Positions 61,925 to 64,000 of a stretch of DNA of 64,000 bases are shown piece by piece; the stretch's first letter is position 1; each line of letters opens with the position of its first letter. The notes beneath the pieces were generated by a model. It was not told the DNA's origin. It saw nothing but the letters and a program-made list of their open reading frames with translations, and did not search any database. This DNA is from Paracoccaceae bacterium (GTDB lineage: Bacteria > Pseudomonadota > Alphaproteobacteria > Rhodobacterales > Rhodobacteraceae), in NCBI GenBank assembly GCA_965203605.1, contig OZ241902.1, forward strand, positions 2,345,425-2,409,424, written 5' to 3'. The position numbers were made by a program, and so were the translations under genes.

Positions 61925-62785
61925 ATGCTTGACCAGGTTTCGAGTCGCTTTGGCTGCCTGCCCAACGCTCCAGGTGTCGGCTATAAGCCTCAGCACTTTC
62001 AGGATGTCCTGAACAATCCCGGCCCGGTTCTATGGTTGGAAATCCATGCCGAGAACTACATGGGCGACGGCGGCCGACCATTGGCGCAGCTGAGGGAACT
62101 GGCGGAACGCTTTCCGATCTCTATCCATGGTGTGGGCCTGTCAATCGGAGGCGAGGCGCCTCTTGATGCCGAGCATCTTGCAAGAATGCGGCATTTGGTT
62201 GAATGGCTGAAACCGGCGAGTTTCTCGGAACATCTTGCGTGGTCAACGCATGACACCCATTTCCTGAACGATCTCCTTCCCCTGCCCTACAATTCCAGGA
62301 CCCTTGCACGGGTATGCGAGCACATAGATGAAGTGCAGAGCGCAACCGGACGAAGGATGCTGCTCGAGAACCCGTCAACCTATCTTGCGTTCTCGGAAAC
62401 GACGCTGACGGAAATTGAGTTCCTGACCGAAATCACCCGCCGAACGGGATGTGGGTTGCTGCTCGATGTCAATAACGTCTTCGTGAGTGCAACCAACCAG
62501 CAGACGGACGCAAACAGCTACATCGACAGTTTCCCCCTTCATCTTGTCGGTGAGATCCATCTGGGTGGCCACGATGTGGACTCCGACGAAACCGGTGCTC
62601 CACTGTTGATAGACGATCACGGCCGTGAGGTGATCGATCCCGTCTGGACGCTGTATGAGCGGACGATCATGCGCGGTGGACAGAAACCAACACTGATTGA
62701 ATGGGACAACAATGTTCCGGATTGGGCAGAACTCGCTTCGGAGGCCCAACGGGCTGCGACGGTTCTTGAAGCCGCTCCCGCATGA
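61925..62785 (+). CDS. bufB: DUF692 / MNIO (multinuclear non-heme iron oxidative) RiPP-modifying enzyme.
   Basis: 286 aa from MLDQVSSRFGCLPNAPGVGYKPQHF...; TIM-barrel xylose-isomerase-like UPF0276 family. It lies directly downstream of the DUF2282 gene. Confidence 0.85.
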   Translation: MLDQVSSRFGCLPNAPGVGYKPQHFQDVLNNPGPVLWLEIHAENYMGDGGRPLAQLRELAERFPISIHGVGLSIGGEAPLDAEHLARMRHLVEWLKPASFSEHLAWSTHDTHFLNDLLPLPYNSRTLARVCEHIDEVQSATGRRMLLENPSTYLAFSETTLTEIEFLTEITRRTGCGLLLDVNNVFVSATNQQTDANSYIDSFPLHLVGEIHLGGHDVDSDETGAPLLIDDHGREVIDPVWTLYERTIMRGGQKPTLIEWDNNVPDWAELASEAQRAATVLEAAPA

Positions 62786-63534
62786 TGGCTGGGCAGACGG
62801 AATTCGTTGATGCGCTTCTGAACCCCACGCTTTCGGTCCCAGCTGGATTGACCAATCCAGGCGGCGGCGGGGCGATCAAGCGGTTTGACGTCTACCGCAA
62901 CAATGTCGTGGTCAGTCTGACGGCGGCACTCGAAGTCGCGTTTCCAGTAGTCCGCAAACTGGTTGGGGAGTCCAGCTTCATGGAGATCTCCAGAACTTAC
63001 GTGCGGAAGTACCCGCCTGATTCCCCGCTTCTGATGCTCTACGGAATGCAAATGCCTGAATTCCTTGCGGAGTTCGAGCCTGCCCGACAGATCGGCTACC
63101 TTCCCGATACCGCGCGATTGGAACTGGCGCTTCGAGAATCCTATCACGCCGCTGATTCGGTGCCGTTGGCGCCAACCGAGCTGCAGATCCCCACAGATCG
63201 TCTGATGGCATCGGTCGTGAGGCTTGCACCATCGGTTCGGTTGGTGCGGTCCGTCTGGCCGATCCACGGCATTTGGCGCTTCAACATGGAACATGGGGCG
63301 CCGAAACCACCGGTCCGCGGCGAGAACGTACTGGTAACCCGCCCGGAATTCGATCCGCAGCTATCGACTTTGGCATCGGGTGGCGGTACGTTTGTGGCGG
63401 CTCTGTTGATGGGCGCGAACTTCGGCACGGCACTGAATGCCGCGATGGACAAAGTGCCGGAGTTTGATCTGTCCAGCACACTTGGCACACTTCTTCGAGG
63501 CGGTGCGCTAACAGGGCTTGACGAGGATGGCTAG
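62782..63534 (+). CDS. bufC: DUF2063-family partner protein of MNIO enzymes.
   Basis: The RFDVYRNN hallmark near the N-terminus. The start overlaps the DUF692 stop (ATGA). Confidence 0.8.
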   Translation: MMAGQTEFVDALLNPTLSVPAGLTNPGGGGAIKRFDVYRNNVVVSLTAALEVAFPVVRKLVGESSFMEISRTYVRKYPPDSPLLMLYGMQMPEFLAEFEPARQIGYLPDTARLELALRESYHAADSVPLAPTELQIPTDRLMASVVRLAPSVRLVRSVWPIHGIWRFNMEHGAPKPPVRGENVLVTRPEFDPQLSTLASGGGTFVAALLMGANFGTALNAAMDKVPEFDLSSTLGTLLRGGALTGLDEDG

Positions 63535-64000
63535 ATGAACGGATTAGTTTCCCCTTACGCCGCTGCTCTTGCCTGGACAGACAGGTTTGCCAGGTTCCTG
63601 CTGCCCACATTGGCGCGATTTATCTTCGCGGCGGTTCTGCTGGTCTACTACTGGAATTCCGGCCTTACCAAGCTTGGTGACGGCATCAAGGGTCTGTTGA
63701 GCCCCACCTTCAACGCGTTCGCGCAGATATTTCCGAAAGGCGCCGCAGCCGTCGGCTATGACATCACCCAAGCGACATCGTTCCAGAAGTTTGTCACGCT
63801 GGCTGGAACATGGGCTGAGTTCGTGCTTCCTGCGCTCATTGTCGCCGGGTTGCTCACCCGGCTGGCAGCGTTTGGAATGATTGGCTTTGTTGTCGTTCAG
63901 AGCCTCACTGATATCTGGGGACACGATGCCGACGCCGGGACGGTCGGATCATGGTTTGACATAAGTTCAGGTGCGCCAATCCTTGATCAACGCGCTTTCT
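63535..64000 (+). CDS. DoxX-family membrane protein (partial; continues past the window end).
   Basis: The ATG at 63535 overlaps the preceding TAG. The hydrophobic product is MNGLVSPYAAALAWTDRFARFLLPTLARFIFAAVLLVYYWNSGLTKLGDG... Confidence 0.7.
   Translation, partial: MNGLVSPYAAALAWTDRFARFLLPTLARFIFAAVLLVYYWNSGLTKLGDGIKGLLSPTFNAFAQIFPKGAAAVGYDITQATSFQKFVTLAGTWAEFVLPALIVAGLLTRLAAFGMIGFVVVQSLTDIWGHDADAGTVGSWFDISSGAPILDQRAF

Overview
This is a 64 kb high-GC (roughly 60-65 %) alphaproteobacterial chromosome segment that looks Rhizobiales-like (rpoH-rluD, tolC-pcm, phaR-phaP-phaC/phaZ).

Housekeeping genes:
- valS, thrS, efp, cobQ, rpoH, rluD, tRNA-Cys(GCA), pcm, an SPFH/flotillin, an ABC exporter, a class-V aminotransferase, ygfZ, and the complete PHB gene set.

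Accessory content, in order along the window:
- 1-9.1 kb: a lower-GC patch that looks like a restriction/defence island. It holds an outward-running SWIM+SNF2 helicase (C-terminus off-window), a HIT hydrolase, and a dcm-like C5 cytosine methyltransferase. The methyltransferase's stop overlaps the start of a 667-aa MORC/HATPase_c_3-like GHKL ATPase that carries a C-terminal PD-(D/E)xK-like module.
- 9.6-15.7 kb: a corrinoid-related block. It has an MttB-superfamily methyltransferase and a MarR regulator. It also has a 1064-aa protein that reads as a catabolic RdhA-type reductive dehalogenase fused to a VanB/PDR-type reductase.
- 26.6-27.5 kb: an IS5-family element inserted at a CTAG that overlaps a stop codon.
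- 45.5-54.3 kb: an 8.8 kb nested array of two different IS110-family elements (two tandem A+B units plus a third inverted B copy), with a 154-bp perfect palindrome flanking a 320-bp core. The array splits a PF09820/PDDEXK_9 AAA-ATPase gene that also carries a +1 frameshift.
- 61.5-64 kb: a DUF2282 / DUF692 (MNIO) / DUF2063 / DoxX operon, i.e. a bufferin-type copper-binding RiPP cluster.

The ORF track calls TTG and GTG as M, and several N-termini were re-placed accordingly. Many long ORFs in the IS region are antisense or alternate-frame artefacts of the very high GC.
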